Source: Eimeria praecox
Lineage: Eukaryota
Assembly (NCBI GenBank): GCA_963920595.1
Contig: OY986947.1
Span: 4,402,001 to 4,466,000 of the forward strand
Length of the DNA: 64,000 nucleotides
Direction: 5' to 3'
In this document: piece after piece, positions 31,227 to 43,907 of the stretch
How the letters are laid out: each line of letters begins with the position of its first letter
Numbering within the stretch: the stretch's first letter is position 1
Position numbers and translations under genes: made by a program
The notes under the pieces: generated by a model
Seen by the model: only the letters and a program-made list of their open reading frames with translations
What the model was told of the DNA's origin: nothing
The model's database searches: none

Positions 31227-33661
31227 GATAAGCTCCCCTGCTCCCCCCCCTGAGCTACCACTGAACGTTCAACTCATTGTTCCTTAAGCCCAGTCCAAGC
31301 GGCTTGCGCTTCGTTCCTTCCAGTAAACCATACGGGTGCTCGACGCTGCAACTGCCAAGGTTGGGTTCGCGAGCGAGAAGACGATTCTTGTATCCACAGG
31401 AGAAACAGCATCCAATGTTAAAAACCTATGCATGCATAACCCCTTGCGAAGGACAATAACAAGATGAGGCGCCTGAAACGTCATGCATCGACTGTGTATG
31501 GATTTCTGCAGCTACGGAAACGAGAAGCACTCAGACAGCAGGCGAATCCAGAATTATCTGCGTTTTGCTATTATTACAATTATAAATATTAATTGTCCTT
31601 ATAGTTTATGTTGAAAGTATCGGTGAATCCTACAGAAGTTTGCTTCTTTGTTGTGGGGCTGCCGAAAGGCTCGCCTTCCTAGTAACTGGAATCCAGTCTG
31701 GCTGGAACCCAAAAAATGGGCTATAGATGGAAACAGAATATACGTTAAACGAAAAACGAGTCAATTTCTGGAGTATATGGAAATTTTATCGTAGATTACT
31801 TTACCATGAACGAGTTGCTTCGGCTTCGGTTCAGTAACCCACCATGCTGCTGTGTGACAGCGAAGCGTTTCGAGGAAAACGGCTAAATAATGTTGTTATT
31901 AAAAACTAGCCAGCTGTATATTTGGCATTTTATAGAGAATATCTGTGAGATTACCGTCATATTTGCAGTATGTGCACATCAGATGCGGAGTTCCAGCGCC
32001 TTCACAGGCAATTGCCACTGCACGTCGGGGGCTTCTTTCGGATGTATATTTAATACAAATGATTGTTACGCATGAACATCTAATTACAAGCCTTTGGAAG
32101 ATTAAATTGGTTTTATAATAGCACCCTAATATGCATTCATCCAAGGAAAGAAAGTGGTCCAGCCAGCAAGACGTGAGAGGAGGAATAGGAGTGGAAACCA
32201 AACGAACAGCGTAATGTACTCTGACTATCTTCACAGGCTAGCTAGCAGCACCAACGCGAGTTGAAGCAGTAGAGCAGAACAGCCATCAGTTAGCGGATGC
32301 TGCGGGAATGGAGCAGTCAAACGCGCAGCCGTGCAGCACTGACAGCGAATCCGCACCAGCCAGCTGCTTTCACCGCATTGAAACAACTCACTCAAGAGCA
32401 TTTCTTGGGTCCTGTGTTCCTGCAAAGGGAAATAGAGCACCAAAGAGCTGGAAGCGTAGCAGAGAGTTGGTGCACTGCTCGCTCTAGGATTAGTATTGGC
32501 TGTGAAGGGCCCAGTATTAATTGTTTAACAACCATCTACACTACTGTTTACAACGCTGTCAAATGTAGCAAATGGGGAATGATTTTGTTTGCGCATATGA
32601 GTGCCTTGCACCATTAGCTGCAGTAAGGTACATTGCAGCAACAGCCCTTTCAGTTGCTGGGAGCAGCAGCTAAAGGAGATGTTGCTGTGAGGTTGCCTCC
32701 TCAAAGCAACAGCCCCTTCAGCTGCTGTGCCCAGAACTCATGGAGAAGATACTACGTGCTTTGGGATGGGACTGTTTCATTAGGTCTTTCTTTCTACTTC
32801 GGTTCGTGAAAGGGTCTCAATTAAGATCAAGGCCCCTCGCTACAGAAAGCCTACGAAGACGGACGAAACACGCGAAGCCTCCTAGCTACAGTGAAATTCA
32901 ATATCACTGTTACGCTTACGTAACAGGGCCGGTCAAAGCACAAACTGAGCATTTAGGGTTGTGGAGAAGCACTCGCTACTTCACACGCTAGGACTCAAAT
33001 TAAGGTTACTGGAGTTTCTGGGAAGCGAACGCCCAGTTTGAAATGTAAAAACTTTTCAAAATATTTTCCTCAGGTCCTTGTATGAAGTGTCATGTGCTGT
33101 TTTTGTTGTTAATGGGAGGCGGGATCCATCACCAAACACACCACTCAGATTATGCCTTTTGCCAGCAGTCAGGCCTTCGCTGGTTGAGGGTCGTCAATAA
33201 CCAACGTAACGATGCGATAATCAACTCTCTATCTCCAGCTCTTCGCTAATCGGCACTGCAGTGCAATCGGCTAATAAAGCGCGAAGCAGCTGAATTAGAA
33301 AAGGTCTTATAAACACTAACCGTTTTCTGTTTTGGCAGGAAAGAGGCTTTGTGTATCTTAAGCCGCTGCCGACCGGGTCAAATTGTTTCCATTTAGCTGC
33401 GATGTCATGAAGTGAAGAGATTTCAGATATATTGCCCTCCCCTCCAGCTTTCTTTGTGTCTCGCTACTGGCGCTGCTTCTTTCTCTAGCTGAGGACGTCT
33501 CAGGAAGAACTCGGTACATAAGAGCATTCAGATCTGATAATGATTTACATGCCATTTAGATTCTTGGTTTTCCAGCAGTTTAGCTCGGCTCCTAGGCAGC
33601 TGAAGTAGTTCACTTCTTCCCTTGGCCGACGCATTTGGGCTGCTCCTAGGAGCTTGCACGC

Positions 33662-36600
33662 TCACGATGAACAGGCCATCGTGCAGTTGCGCTCCTGCAG
33701 AAGGGAATCCAAGTTGATGCAGCCCTCCTCAGTAGCAATTTTCCCCTCCCCGTCTGCCACCAATTCGCTGTGTTTCGACCCTCCTGCTCGGCTCAGCGTG
33801 AGCAGTTCGTGCTCCTGAGAAGCCACAGTACAAAACCCCTCCCAGAAGCCCAATGTATGCAGTACCTTACTGTGAACGCGTTGTTTGACCTGCAGCTTAG
33901 AGCTGTACCTTCGTTTTGTCTACACAGCTGCGGAGTACTATTACGAAAGAAATCGAATCACGGAGTCGTTCTAACGACTCACGGAGAGCGAACCACACAG
34001 GTTTTGTCTCAGGCAATCGAGTGTGACGAGAGCCCCTGACTCAGCCTGCACCCATAAAGCATTAAAAATATCTTGAAAACTTCAGCTTAGCCTAATGCTC
34101 GTTGTTTTGCTTGGCTGTACTGTAGCAGAAGCAGCGAAAAGCTGTAGACGGTATAAGCTCAAATTCGAAGTGGGGAATGAGGGTTTCCCCCTTGCCTTCA
34201 GCTTCTTGAGCTCTTCGGAGACTTTGGCACAGACGTCACGCACACTTGCACGGGGGTATTTATCTGTATGTTCTTCCATATGCTGAAAGCAATGCATAAA
34301 AGGAAGACGAGTGCGCATGCACTCTGAAACTTTCACAGTATGAAACAGTATTCTATGTGTGATGCTAAACGTAGTCGGGCAGGCAGTTCATTTACTCGTT
34401 CCTGTGAAACCTGGTGTGGCCCATTCAGCAATGTCAAGCAACCGATTTCGCGTTATGGGTCGTGGCATTCATTTTACTATGCTAAGGAGTAACAAAGAAG
34501 TACTATACCTTCATTGTACGCTCATCGGCAGCTGTGATTCTAAACGTGTAACCATTAAGGGAAACTTCAGCTCCAACATAGAAGTCCTGAGCCGAGAATT
34601 TTTTCCCCGTTTGGGGGTTCTGTAGGTTGTTCGATTCAAAGAACTTGCCACCTGCCTGTTATGAAGCCACAGCACATGCACCCTCAACTACGGCAAACTC
34701 ACACGAACGATGGCCTGTAACCGAAGTACACATATGCAGTACACTCAGGACAACATATAGACCATCACAAGCATTTCAGGCCGGTTGTCTTTTGCTTTCT
34801 GCTGCACAATAGCTCGTTTGCCCTGACAACTTGGGGAAGCCATGACAGCTTACGTGGCCTGAATTGCGTTTCGAGTACTCAAAGACGGTTATTTTATCTG
34901 TCAACTCGCGAATTGAGATCCTGAATTCCCTCCCTTCATCTTCTTTTCGCGCGCTTACCAATTGCGCCTGAAGCACTCGCAGTTGAGTTCAAGTACTATG
35001 CACCATTCAAGGCAAGGCAAAACCACTCCCACAGAAAACCCTCGTTCCTCGTGCAACTGGAAACCTCTAGGGTCAGTTAGCTTGCAGTGTTTATTAACTG
35101 CACTAAAGCGAAGTAAAATTGGCTACTGTAGCATCCTCCAACTCAACTGCGCTTATATGGTAAGTTGACTAGTCTATCTACATCTTAGGTAGATAGCATT
35201 TTTCTTTTAAGCGCTCGGCTTGCCTTGAAGTTGAGAATGGCATCTTCTCCAAAGAGAATCGCACGCTCGTTTGGATGGGGTCGTTTTGGAGTCTTCATGT
35301 AAAAAACACACTCCATACCCACGTTTTGTAGCATGCCCGTTTTGCATGCCAAACAAATGATATATGGGGTTACTAATTACAGGTGGCGTAAGTGGGAGGA
35401 CATGTGTAATAAAGGCGGTTGCGGGTGCTGCGCATGGAAGGTAGCATGACACTTCGTTCATTTGGGGACTTACTATGCGAGTGCAGCATTGGAGTGTGTC
35501 TTCCTCAGTCCCTATACCGAGAGCATGGGGAGGCCACGTGACTGGTGGAATTTCCTGCAGAAATAATGCTGGTGGGGACTGCTCGGATGTAGGGACTGAC
35601 ATGCCGCAAAACACCGGAGCTTGCTGTGAATGAATTGCTTCCAAAGAGCAACGGCTATCAGTAGACTTGTCACTTGACGCCTTACGGGTTTCTCCTCTGG
35701 TATAATTTCTCGGCCTTGCTCTACGTTCAGGTACTCGCGATAGAACTGCCGCGTGAACTCGTCGCAGTCATAAATATGGAATTGACGTCCATAGACATCT
35801 ATTTCTTTCCCCACTGCGAAGTCTTCTGGCCTGAACGTTGTATTTTGCACAGGCCCAGTACCGGGTCACATCTACTGCACACGATGATCACAGTTTCGTG
35901 TCGATTTCTCTACTGTTTTTGAGATAGTCATTGCTCACGTGTAGAATTCGCTTCGAGTCAGCTGATAGTCAGACCAATTCAACCCTCCCAGCTTCTTTGG
36001 CAGTTTCCCCCTCCTGTGCGAAACATTCATATGCCAAACACGATGTTTGATTTTCAGTCACAGTTGCAGACCCTGCGCAAATACAGAGCCTGTAGAGCTC
36101 ACTGCTGCAGTGTTGCATGCGCCACTACAAAGCAGATACATTTCATGCTCATCGGACAGACGCGCCCGCACTGGCTGAAACATGCTTTCACATGCCACGC
36201 TAATTGCAGGCGAGTTCGCCTCAGTAAAGGAAAGCAAGTGTTGTGGGCCGCAACGAGGTGAATCGGCGGCCCCCTAGTCCCTCGCCGCTGCGGAAGAGCT
36301 AAGAAAAGGGTGAATGGAACAAAACGAAAGGGTTGTTACCTTAGGAAGGTTGAGTAGTTGTCGCAGCCAGAGTTCTTAATAGGACTAATCCTGATCTCCA
36401 CGGAATCGTCTGCAGGAAGCCGCAAGGGGTATTTCTACGTGCCTTTTGGAAATAGTGAAAGAATGGTGGAGGCTACGGCTAAGCCTTGAGACGTGTGCTG
36501 CCACTTATCATGGTCAGCATCCGCTGTCCTGATCGATCGACACAGCTCTGCTGTTGTAGACTGCAGCGAGGTGTCGAACGCTGAATCATTCTCTTAACCA

Positions 36601-38345
36601 CACAGAAAACCTCTAGGACGTATGGCACGGTTTCTGACCACTGAGGAAGTAATGAAGTTTGTAGTACGTCCGGCATCCAAAGTTTTGTTGGTTTTCCCAG
36701 TAGCAGTGAAAGACCAAGACTTTGCTGCAGTGCCCACGGAACGGAAACAGCAAATGGGAACGTAAAGAGCAATGAACATAGTTTCTCGATATTCCACTCC
36801 CCCACAACTACCATGCTTTAACAAGCAAGTTCCTGTAGAGTGGAGAAAAGCTCCAGGTGGTTGTCTGGCTAGTTTGTAGCCCTATTCAATCCGTTGCTTG
36901 TTCAACAGCCTAACCGGTCGTTTTCAAGGTACTGATGCAGGAGCTTATTGGTGCAGGTATTGCCTCGAGATGCCTCCGCGAAGGCCCGCGCGGCGCGGAT
37001 CTCTCTTAGAACTGCTGGTGAGGGTGTAGAATTAGGCTTTGGCTTCGGTACAGAAGCCCGGAAGAAGGTACCATCAGGTGACTCCACTGGCTCACCAATT
37101 TCATGCCCTGGGGCACATCGCAGCACATAAACAGTGGAGCCCGTCTATCTGGGTGTTTTGCAATGCATGCTTGTGTGCATGCAATGTATACAAATGCATG
37201 GGACTGTTGTGGCCTCCAGATGCAGCTAGGGAGTCAATTCACTGTTCGGTGATTAAAGACGCTGGAGCCTTGTTTCAAAGTTGCAAGGAGGCTAGCTTTC
37301 CTGTACCTGCGTTTGTACAAAACCACCGCGTAAAATCGTCGCAGTCCAAAATTTTAAAGACCCGGCTGTAGAGTTCCAGTTCAGCTCCTAGCTGCACGTG
37401 CAGCACCATCCAATATCTGCTACTAAGCCGTAAACCCTAAATCGCTTTCGCTGGCCGCCATGCGCCACTGGCCTCTAGATTTCGAATGGTACCAGTGGAA
37501 CGCGACACGCGAATTAGTCTAGCCAACCTTTAAATCTGTGAAGGTGACGAAGCCGCTGCCATCTGCTCGCGGCATCCTGTGTCTTTTCAGAATTGGTCCT
37601 TGCCGTGTTTCACCGTAGTCCGTTGTTGATTCGTAGACGCTTAGGGTGCCGTCCTCTAGATAATATGATATGATGCAGAAACGCCGTCGGCTGTTCTCAA
37701 CTGCATTGCCGCTGAAAGGCTCTTGGTAGAAGGCGAAAAAACGGAGAGCTTGGCTGTCATGCTTCAGCCATGCTGGTTGTTGCTTGGGTCTGGCACAAGA
37801 CAGATCAGCAGGATGGCCCGATACAGCCACACCATAGCTGATGCAGCATATACAAATGAACAGCCCAGGAATCTCAACAATTTGAAGCGTGTTCTGGCGG
37901 CATGCAACACAATGGTACGACAGAGTCACCGGTATGATAAGCGCTCGGCTTCTTTCGCACTCCTCCTTTCTTCGTGAGTAAGGTGGTGCTCTTTACGGTC
38001 CTCTTGACCAATACGGCTGACTAATGTCCACTCCTACGTACAATGTGACACACCCGTCAGCCTGCATAGCTGCCGTCCTTCGATCCTGCCGTAGCGGCGG
38101 CTGCGCCCTTCCTTGCAACCGGAGAAGAAAACACTTCCCCCGAAACTGACCTGTTCGGTAAGCTCTAAAGGGGGAGGTTTCTGCCTGTCTTGCCGGCCCG
38201 ATGTGGTATAGGAAAGGGTCTGCCTTTTGAAGTACTTCTCCCGGGCAGAATGGTCAAGCTGCAGTTGTTGCTGCTTAATACTAAATGGAGCGCAAAGGGG
38301 AAATGTCTGCTGACCGGCGAATACCGAGGGCCTCTGAAGATCCAT
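33662..38345 (-). CDS. EFHC1/EFHC2/Rib72-like protein with three DM10 domains (axonemal microtubule inner protein family)
   Basis: Ordered minus-strand exon pieces: PAWLKHDSQALRFFAFYQE...YYLEDGTLSVYE...QGPILKRHRMP (~37.5-37.8 kb), YLENDR (36.9 kb), DDSVEI..NSG (36.4 kb), FAVGKEIDVYGRQFHIYDCDEFTRQFY (35.8 kb), PPHALGIGTEEDTLQ, REFRISI..DKITVFE..RNSG, GGKFFE...DFYVGAEVSLNGYTFRITAADE, MEEHTDKYP. Exon boundaries and the 3' end are not fully resolved. Confidence 0.8.
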
Positions 38346-39526
38346 TTTCCCCAGCCTATTTGGGCTTTGTTCTCTCTGCGTTTCAACCTACTCACCGTTT
38401 GCAGCTCGAGGGATGCACCCCCGAAGGTCACCTCCCTTAAACAGGTCAAGCTTCGCTCGTTCAGACTGATTTAATTTGTTTCATTTGAGATGATTTAGCT
38501 CCCGTCTGCTGAAGCTGACGGGTTAAACCCTTTTTGCCTCTTTGTTGGGGGAACTGGCGAGCACAGCTGCCGGCAATTGGACTTCGGGTGATCGCCACTG
38601 CGCCTGGGATGCCTGAGGTGACTTCTTTTGCCTCCCTCTTTCGTGCAAAATTAAACCTCGAGAGTTTTTCGCGTCTCCTTATCGGTTGTTTTAGTACGCC
38701 ATCTACCTGTTTATGTCGAAGACAAGCCAAAGGGGCTGCGGCGTCTATAGGTCGCACGAGCCTCTATTGCCGGTCACGTCAGCGATCCACTAAGGCTAGC
38801 CTACTACTGGATGTGCAAAACCAATATGCTTCTCAAGCAATAACATTTTTTCGTCTATATTCGAAGTTTTGTATTTCGTCCCCATCAAAAGTGGCCCCAA
38901 ACACACAGGCCCAAGCTACCACCATGAAACGGAACCGCCTAATCTCTCCCTGGTAGTTGGCGTAACCTCCAAACAAACAAATGTTAGCTGCCACTTTCAT
39001 GTAAGCACCAAGTACGCAGACGTGAGCTGGCTCTGCTTTGAAGGCATCGGCCTAAGCTCTTCCCGGAAAGAAGCTGCCGGAACACAACATAAACTCCGAA
39101 CCACCCCCCGTCCTGAGAGCAGAGGATTCTGCCACCTAGTGCCGCATGGCTGCAAGCAGCAACAACCTGGCAACCTGCACAATAATTATCAGGCGTTAAA
39201 TGTACAGTGCGCCACAACCAGGCATACTATGCCCACACGAAAAGAGGAAATGAGACTCTAAAAAGACGCACATGGAGCGCTGTCTGTCGCCAAATGCATG
39301 CTTCGCCATTATATAGGGGAAGGGGAAATACACAACGAAGCACCTTCAATAGCATATAACCGATAATATGAGGTTAAATGAGAGAATGCAATACAGTTGG
39401 GGGATCTTACGGCCACGGGGGCCAGAGGCTCTTCCCTTTGCCTGTAGTTGATCGTGCTGCTCTTGCACTGGGAGTAAAGTGTTTATTCGCCCATGCAGCT
39501 ACAGAAAAACAAAGGCTCAAACCCTG

Positions 39527-40441
39527 TCAAGCATTTCCCGGCATTTCCCGACAGAGTTTTTTTCTAGGCATCTCGCAATCATCAGCAAAATGCACTTCAG
39601 CCTGAAAAGAACCGAATCTGGCCTCGCCCGAGAAGTCTTGCGGGCAGGCAGAACTACGCTGGGGTTCTGTTGTTTGCTCGTCTTGGGTCTGTGAAAGGGG
39701 CAGCCCTGTGATGTTGTGCTCTATGTCACTGGCTTGGCTCTCCGGTGAAAAGATAGTTTGGTGCGTCTGGCTGGATCTACGGCCTGCGTCAGCAGCTCCT
39801 GATGGTTTTATTTTTCCTCCTGCAGCGTGTACAGCTGAATCGTGGTGTATGCCCGAACCGGATTGTTCACCTTGCCTCTGCTCTTCTGTCTCAGTAGCGT
39901 GTGACGCATTTGCTGCAGGCAAATACCTCTCTTCCAGGATTTTGGCTGCTTCCACAACTTCAGCTTCTGTTGCACTTTGATTGGCCACGAGAATGTTGAG
40001 GTGCTGCCGCATCAGACGAGCCACTTCGGTGTCGGTGAGCTCTGGTTCTGTGCCGTCATCGTGTGGCTCCAGCGGTACGTCATCTGATGCAAGAGCTGGA
40101 TCCTTGGAAACCCCTCGAGATCTGCTCTTGCGGAGAAGTTGTTGAAGCACTAAGTGCAAGTTGCAGTCAAAAAAGAGCTGCCTATACCCCTGCCGTGAGA
40201 CCCGTGGCTGCTGCGCACTCACAGTGTCTGAAGCAGACGGGCAGGGTTGTGCCGTATTGCAGCCCATCTCCAGTCCAGACGATCCATCCAAAGGTATGCC
40301 ACCGTTGGAAGCCACCTGGTGGGTTGCCTCCATGTGCTTGTTTGTCATCTGAGGAAGGGGCCCTTTGCAGCTCTGTCCAAAACAAGCTGACTGCTTGCTA
40401 TGAGGCACAGTATATTGACCCTTCGGCCGTTTCCCCGCCAC
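39527..40441 (-). CDS. Hypothetical protein (long open exon; true start unresolved)
   Basis: 304-codon non-repetitive ORF with a helical-looking segment (LTDTEVARLMRQHLNILVANQSATEAEVVEAAKILEERYLP). No family recognised. Confidence 0.5.
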   Translation of the reverse strand: MAGKRPKGQYTVPHSKQSACFGQSCKGPLPQMTNKHMEATHQVASNGGIPLDGSSGLEMGCNTAQPCPSASDTVSAQQPRVSRQGYRQLFFDCNLHLVLQQLLRKSRSRGVSKDPALASDDVPLEPHDDGTEPELTDTEVARLMRQHLNILVANQSATEAEVVEAAKILEERYLPAANASHATETEEQRQGEQSGSGIHHDSAVHAAGGKIKPSGAADAGRRSSQTHQTIFSPESQASDIEHNITGLPLSQTQDEQTTEPQRSSACPQDFSGEARFGSFQAEVHFADDCEMPRKKLCREMPGNA

Positions 40442-41175
40442 TCAAATCCCTAAATATGCACATTCAACCCCCAATCCCGCATATTCCCCGGCAGAATCAC
40501 TTTTCATATTGTCTCGGCAAACATGTTTAGAAAGGCAAGCTGATGGTACCCCCCTCCCCTCCTCTCCATGCGAGTTAGGAACCAGCCGTCGTGAATGCAG
40601 CAGTGAAGCGGGTGTAAGGGTGAAATGCAACCTTTTCTCATTTCTGTTGGTGAAAAGCAAGGCGTGAACGCGAGGATGTGCAGGAATGTGAACCCTCATC
40701 GGGCGGCTGAAAGCTGCTGGAGCAACCTGCCCCCTTTAGAGGCCGCCTGAATGGCTAGTTTAAGGCCGCATTCTTATAAAACAATAGTAGAAGCCCTTGA
40801 AGGTGAATAATTAAGATACTCTTCAGCTGTATTTACATGTGCTTCCAATGGAACTGGGCCCCAAGGGGGGCCCCAGGGGGCCGTTGGCCGGAAACTGAAG
40901 GGCATTGCTCATCGGCTGCTACATCGACTAACTAGAAATCCGTTCAGATGAAAATTTCGGCTTTATTTCACGTGATTACATACAATTGTATGCAACAAAG
41001 CCTTGAATGACTCGCATTCGTGACAGCCGATCTAACGGTCGTCGCCGCACTCCATGCTGGGGTTTGGTTGCTTCATCTCGGTCTGCATGTTAACAGACAC
41101 AGTTAAGCAACACTACTTACAAGCATTGCAGCAAGAAGGAGAGGCCGCAGTCTGTCTTTCTTATACGCCTTCCGG

Positions 41176-43907
41176 ATGGGGCGGTTGACAGCTCTTTCCC
41201 TTCGTGCATTGTCACGAACGAGATCGAGCTTGAGCAGGACAAGGCAATCGTGCGCTACTTTTGATCAGAGTGGAAATGCATACTCGTTTCAACGATTAGG
41301 CCCATTTCAACGTTTTGATGCAGCATTTCTTAGCGGCAACAGGACAGCCGGTCTGCCACCTGCGTTGCTGGGCAGAGGGCCCTGCTCAGATATCATTTCT
41401 GGTGTATCTCCACCTCCTCTGACTTCCCAGATTCCTCGCCATCACAGCTATGTTACCAGCGCTACACCCAGTGCTGCGCTGGATGCTTCTGGAGGAGCCG
41501 CGGCCCCTCTCTCCACTGCACACGGCTTGCAGCCGCCTGCGCAGTCTTTTCTGTCCCAGCATGACCTAGTTGAAGCTCTAGAGGCAATTAAGAAAAATGC
41601 AGATTCTGGGTCCCTCTGCTTGTTGGAGACGGTAAGCCTAGACTAGGATAGGCTTTGGCCGTATCGACAAAGCAAATTTAATGGTAGAGTTTGTGTTTGT
41701 TCCCGCAGTTTAAATTTTGTAGAATACCACGTATTTTAGAAGCTGATAGTGTTACCTAACCTGATTTGTCGGCAGCTGCCTCGATTAATGGACCTAACAC
41801 TCTGTCTAACGTTGGTAGGGCACAGCAGCTAGCTGTTCCCGCTGCTGCCGCCCTTGTTGCTGCTGGTGCACGGCTCATTGCGGGTAGTTTGCTGCACCGA
41901 GCAAGCAGTGTACAGGCGTTGTTGCCTTTGCATTTGTTGCAGCATCTCGCATCATCTATGCCTGAGCATGCAGAAGTCAATGCCAAACTGATTGCCATTC
42001 GCAAGCTGGTGGTAGACTTGGAGCAGCTCCAGCAGGAGAAAGCCCGTGTATGTGTGAAGATGACAGGAATTAGCCGCACCAGTTCATAGTTTCCCCTGAT
42101 ATATAAATGTAAAAGAAAGACTAAAATGCCCCTATGAGCTCTGCTGTGATGTGTAGTGCAGCTGGTCATGTTTCGTCACCAGACACCCAAGGAAATTCGA
42201 GGCGAATACGCCCTAATGATGCTCACAGGCCTTTTTACGGGTTTAGCTGCGGCTATTCATCCTATACTTTTTTGTGTATGTTTACAAGAAACACGCGCTC
42301 AGCTCGTTGCTAGACGGAACCCTGTCAGGACAGCTTAGCAAATGCAGCAGCAATCACCACTCTTCTAATTTCCCTCCATGCGCTCGTATCATGGCAGGGA
42401 ACCATATGGGGACTCATCCGAATGCGCCGCACAAGGCGAGCTGAGGTAGATCGTGACGGTAAGCATAGCAGAGCTCGTATGAGCTGCGCAGGAATCGTGC
42501 AGCTGTAGCTTTGAATGCAGGGGGTTGCCCACAGCTTCTTGTATTGCGGTGGGTGTTTGGAGTGTCTGTGACTGCAGCGGGGACTGAGAAGATGGACGAA
42601 GTAAATAGGATGTTTAAGGAAAAACGGGCTGCTTTAAAGGCTCATATTGATGCCCTTGTCCATATTGTTGGGGAAGCACCATTCACACAGCTAAGGGGAG
42701 CCACAACTTGCGCAGGTCGCACGATGCAATAGCGACATATGCATATTATCAGAAGTACGACTCAGTAAATGGGCTGGAAACTCTTCCTCTCCTGTTATGC
42801 ATGGTACTCTGTTGGTGTCGAAAGTTGTGGTGCTAGAAACTGGCATCAATCTCTAAAGCCTCAGTTGTCCCTTGTGCGTTCCGTGCAGCCCCATCCGATG
42901 TACGTTGGCGACTCTGAGCTGGAAAGCCCTTTTGTGGGCACGCAGTGTGGAAGGCAAGCTAGAGATTTCAATGGAGAACACCAGAGGACTTGCAAACAAA
43001 TCCAGTGAATTTACTACCTTTAGGGCTTGTGAACGCCGCTGGTGAGTTTAATAACTATCACCGTCATCGCATTTTGAGCCAGCGGCAGCAACAATCCATG
43101 AGGCATGCTCATCTAGCCGCATGTTTCTGGAATGCTGGCGCGCCTGGTGTACAGACAGCTTAACGGCCAAAACACCCGAGTCAGTCAGCCAACTGTTTCT
43201 CGGAAACGCAGTTTTGCAACCGAATTCACGTCACAGTTTGCTTTAAAGCTTTATTTGGAAACAGCGAACTGCAAGCTCTTTCTAATATCTGTCCCAAAAA
43301 ATTATTAACCATGACCGACAGAACCGCTCACCGCGTACCAGGCGAGTGGCATCGGCATTTCTTGGTATTCACAGTATCCGTTTGACCTCGCGTTTCTTTA
43401 GGCCCTGCTGAACGGCGATGTGCGAGGAGCTCTGAAGGCCCCAGTCAGAAATATGCTCCAGAGCCAGCTGTGTGTGAAGCTGCACGACCCACCGATGCGC
43501 AGCAGAGGAACGTGTTAATAGCCTCCTCTAAAACGCTGGGCATACACCAGGACAGCCTTCAATGCGGTGCGGCGAATAGCTTGCACAGAGTAGCACACAA
43601 TATTTCATTTGGGAAGCTCCAGACGACAGAGATATCGCCAGTCTCTTGGGCATCATTGCGGCTTTAACACGGGAGCTTGAGTCTAAGAATGAGTATATCG
43701 AGTCGAATGTACGCAAAATGGCAGGTGAGGATTAAGCTCCACCTCAGCAAGTGGCCCCTTTCTGACCTCCTCCCAGCTCTCTCAGACGCTCTTGAGCGCG
43801 CGCTGGGTGTGGAAACCTTGTGGGCCCGCAGCCACTTCGTGGAATGGGCACTTGCAATCGGCACAACTTTGTTCGTCTTCTCTCTCTACCGTGCATTGCT
43901 CTGTTAA
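41176..43907 (+). CDS. Hypothetical multi-exon protein; N-terminus resembles a mitochondrial presequence, possible C-terminal membrane anchor
   Basis: ATG 41176 begins MGRLTALSLRALSRTRSSLSRTRQS (R/S/L-rich, no acidic residues), with a GTAAGC donor at 41632. Further coding-like pieces lie at ~41.8-42.05 kb and ~42.6 kb (coiled-coil-like) and at 43.4-43.9 kb, ending WALAIGTTLFVFSLYRALLC*. Linking the 3' pieces to this gene is tentative. Confidence 0.45.

Noticed and set aside
31269..31277. In-frame ATG-AGT-TGA upstream of the TBP-like start, suggesting selenocysteine or readthrough
   Set aside because: No SECIS recognised; more simply a tiny uORF or intronic sequence.
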